IMG/VR virus record: IMGVR_UViG_3300037991_001833
Span: 1 to 35,689 of that record
Origin: a virus
Taxonomy: Duplodnaviria; Caudoviricetes
DNA length: 35,689 bases
Strand: one strand, 5' to 3'
Shown: in pieces, positions 34,284 through 35,689 of the stretch
Layout: every line of letters starts with the position of its first letter
Numbering within the stretch: the stretch's first letter is position 1
Position numbers and translations under genes: made by a program
The notes under the pieces: generated by a model
What the model saw: only the letters and a program-made list of their open reading frames with translations
The model's database searches: none
Told to the model about the DNA's origin: nothing

Positions 34284-35689
34284 TGAGCAGTCTTGGCAGT
34301 CCTAATCCTTTCTTCATAGCAGGGAAGAAAGCATACGAAGTAAAACGTAGTTTAAGGTTTAATAGCGGTGATAGTGCAGAATTAAATAAGACTTTTTCAA
34401 GTACTGGAAATAGAAAGAAATGGACTTGGAGTGCTTGGGTTAAGAGAGCTAATTTAAATGGATCAGGAACACAACAGACTATGTTCTCAGGTGGTGGTGC
34501 TACTAGTGGTAATTTTACAAGTATAAGTATTTATCAAGATTCTTTAACTTATAAAAGAAAAATAAGTAGCTCTAATGATGCTTTAATAACTACTACGCAA
34601 AAACTTAGAGATACAAGTGCTTGGTATCATTTTGTAGTCTATGAAGATGCTGCTAATACAGTTACGAAGTTTTATATAAATGGTGTTGAAGTAACAGATT
34701 TTTCTTCATCAAATCAGCCAAGCAATGTTGATGGTTTTATGAATACTAATCAAGAACACGCAATAGGTAATGCTGTAAATACAACTGAACTTTTTGACGG
34801 TTATATCACAGAAATTAATTTTATTGATGGTCAGGCTTATGACCCATCATATTTTGCTGAAACAGACCCAACAACAGGTCAATGGAATCCTAAAAAATAT
34901 ACAGGAAGTTATGGAACAAATGGATTTTATTTGAATTTTTCAGACAATTCTGGAACGACTGCAACAACACTTGGCAAAGATTCAAGTGGTAATGGCAACA
35001 ACTTCACACCAAATAATTTTTCTGTAGCTGCGAATTTAACTAATGATTCGATGCCAGATACACCTACAAATAATTTTTGTACTTTAAATCCTTTAAATGC
35101 TACAAGCAGTTTTAATTTTGGTGCAGGTGAAGGTAATCTTGTTTTCGATCAATCTTCAAACGATCAAGCTATAACAGGTACATTTTTTATTACGTCTGGA
35201 AAATGGTATTGGGAAATTTATAAAAACTCAGGTCAGAATCCAGAAATAGGAATTTGTGGTCAAGAAACATTAAGTAATAAATCGACAGGCGAAGTTGACT
35301 CAAGACTTGCTTTTATTACCAATGGTGGAACTTTAAGAACAGGAAGTAGTAGTACAACAAGTATTACTGGTGGTTCTGCTCAAACTGGTGCTGGATGGAT
35401 AAGAATTGCTGTTGATATGGACAATAAAAAAATATGGTTTAGTGATACTTCTGGAAATTATTTCAATAGTGGTAATCCAGCTACAGGAACTAATGCAGCT
35501 TACGATTTTAGCAGTCACGCAACAAAAGATGGTTGGACTCCCTATATCTTTATGGGTACAGGATCAGGTCATAACTGTTATGTAAATTTTGGTCAATTTG
35601 AATTAAACAGTTTTTCTTCAAATATACCAACAGGATATAAAGCACTTAATTCAGCAAACTTACCCGACCCAACAATAAAGCTACCTAAT
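34283..35689 (+). CDS. LamG/ConA-like plus SPRY-domain virion protein (3' end beyond window)
   Basis: Not in ORF track; MSSLGSPNPFF...RSLRFN, WTWSAWVKR, WYHFVV, FDGYITEINFIDG, SGKWYWEI, VNFGQ. Confidence 0.85.
   Translation, partial: MSSLGSPNPFFIAGKKAYEVKRSLRFNSGDSAELNKTFSSTGNRKKWTWSAWVKRANLNGSGTQQTMFSGGGATSGNFTSISIYQDSLTYKRKISSSNDALITTTQKLRDTSAWYHFVVYEDAANTVTKFYINGVEVTDFSSSNQPSNVDGFMNTNQEHAIGNAVNTTELFDGYITEINFIDGQAYDPSYFAETDPTTGQWNPKKYTGSYGTNGFYLNFSDNSGTTATTLGKDSSGNGNNFTPNNFSVAANLTNDSMPDTPTNNFCTLNPLNATSSFNFGAGEGNLVFDQSSNDQAITGTFFITSGKWYWEIYKNSGQNPEIGICGQETLSNKSTGEVDSRLAFITNGGTLRTGSSSTTSITGGSAQTGAGWIRIAVDMDNKKIWFSDTSGNYFNSGNPATGTNAAYDFSSHATKDGWTPYIFMGTGSGHNCYVNFGQFELNSFSSNIPTGYKALNSANLPDPTIKLPN

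Noticed and set aside
1150-35518. Short shadow ORFs in the track (e.g. 1150, 2583, 7157, 7305, 8602, 8628, 9448, 14599, 15279, 15832, 18016, 19254, 23877, 24714, 26101, 26356, 26951, 30689, 31813, 32455, 33276, 35333)
   Set aside because: Antisense or off-frame overlaps of well-supported genes, with no recognisable motifs
30971-35689. Diversity-generating retroelement acting on fibres
   Set aside because: No reverse transcriptase and no TR/VR repeat pair seen in the window

Overview
Most of the genome of an AT-rich siphovirus with a lambda-like tail tip. Gene content and small-protein families suggest a marine picocyanobacterial (Prochlorococcus/Synechococcus-type) phage; the host is inferred. 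From left to right: membrane/exported proteins (1-1.5 kb); a replication module with an AEP primase-polymerase/AAA helicase, a symmetric iteron array, an SSB-like protein and a PD-(D/E)XK exonuclease (2-8 kb); a leftward early operon of small proteins including ArdC, driven by a sigma70-type promoter with a boxA-like site and a long structured leader (8-13.8 kb); a probable packaging site; terS divergent from terL; a displaced tail tube gene among small basic ORFs; head, neck and tail genes; and a multi-fibre cluster cut by the window end. No integrase, family A/B DNA polymerase, endolysin, tRNA or photosynthesis gene was recognised. The most interesting signal is a recurring C-(C/U)GU-G triloop hairpin, with different stems, at the terS start codon, the start of the scaffold gene and the capsid 5'UTR. 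It is a candidate RNA regulon coupling head assembly to packaging. All calls come from motif recognition by eye; no searches were run.
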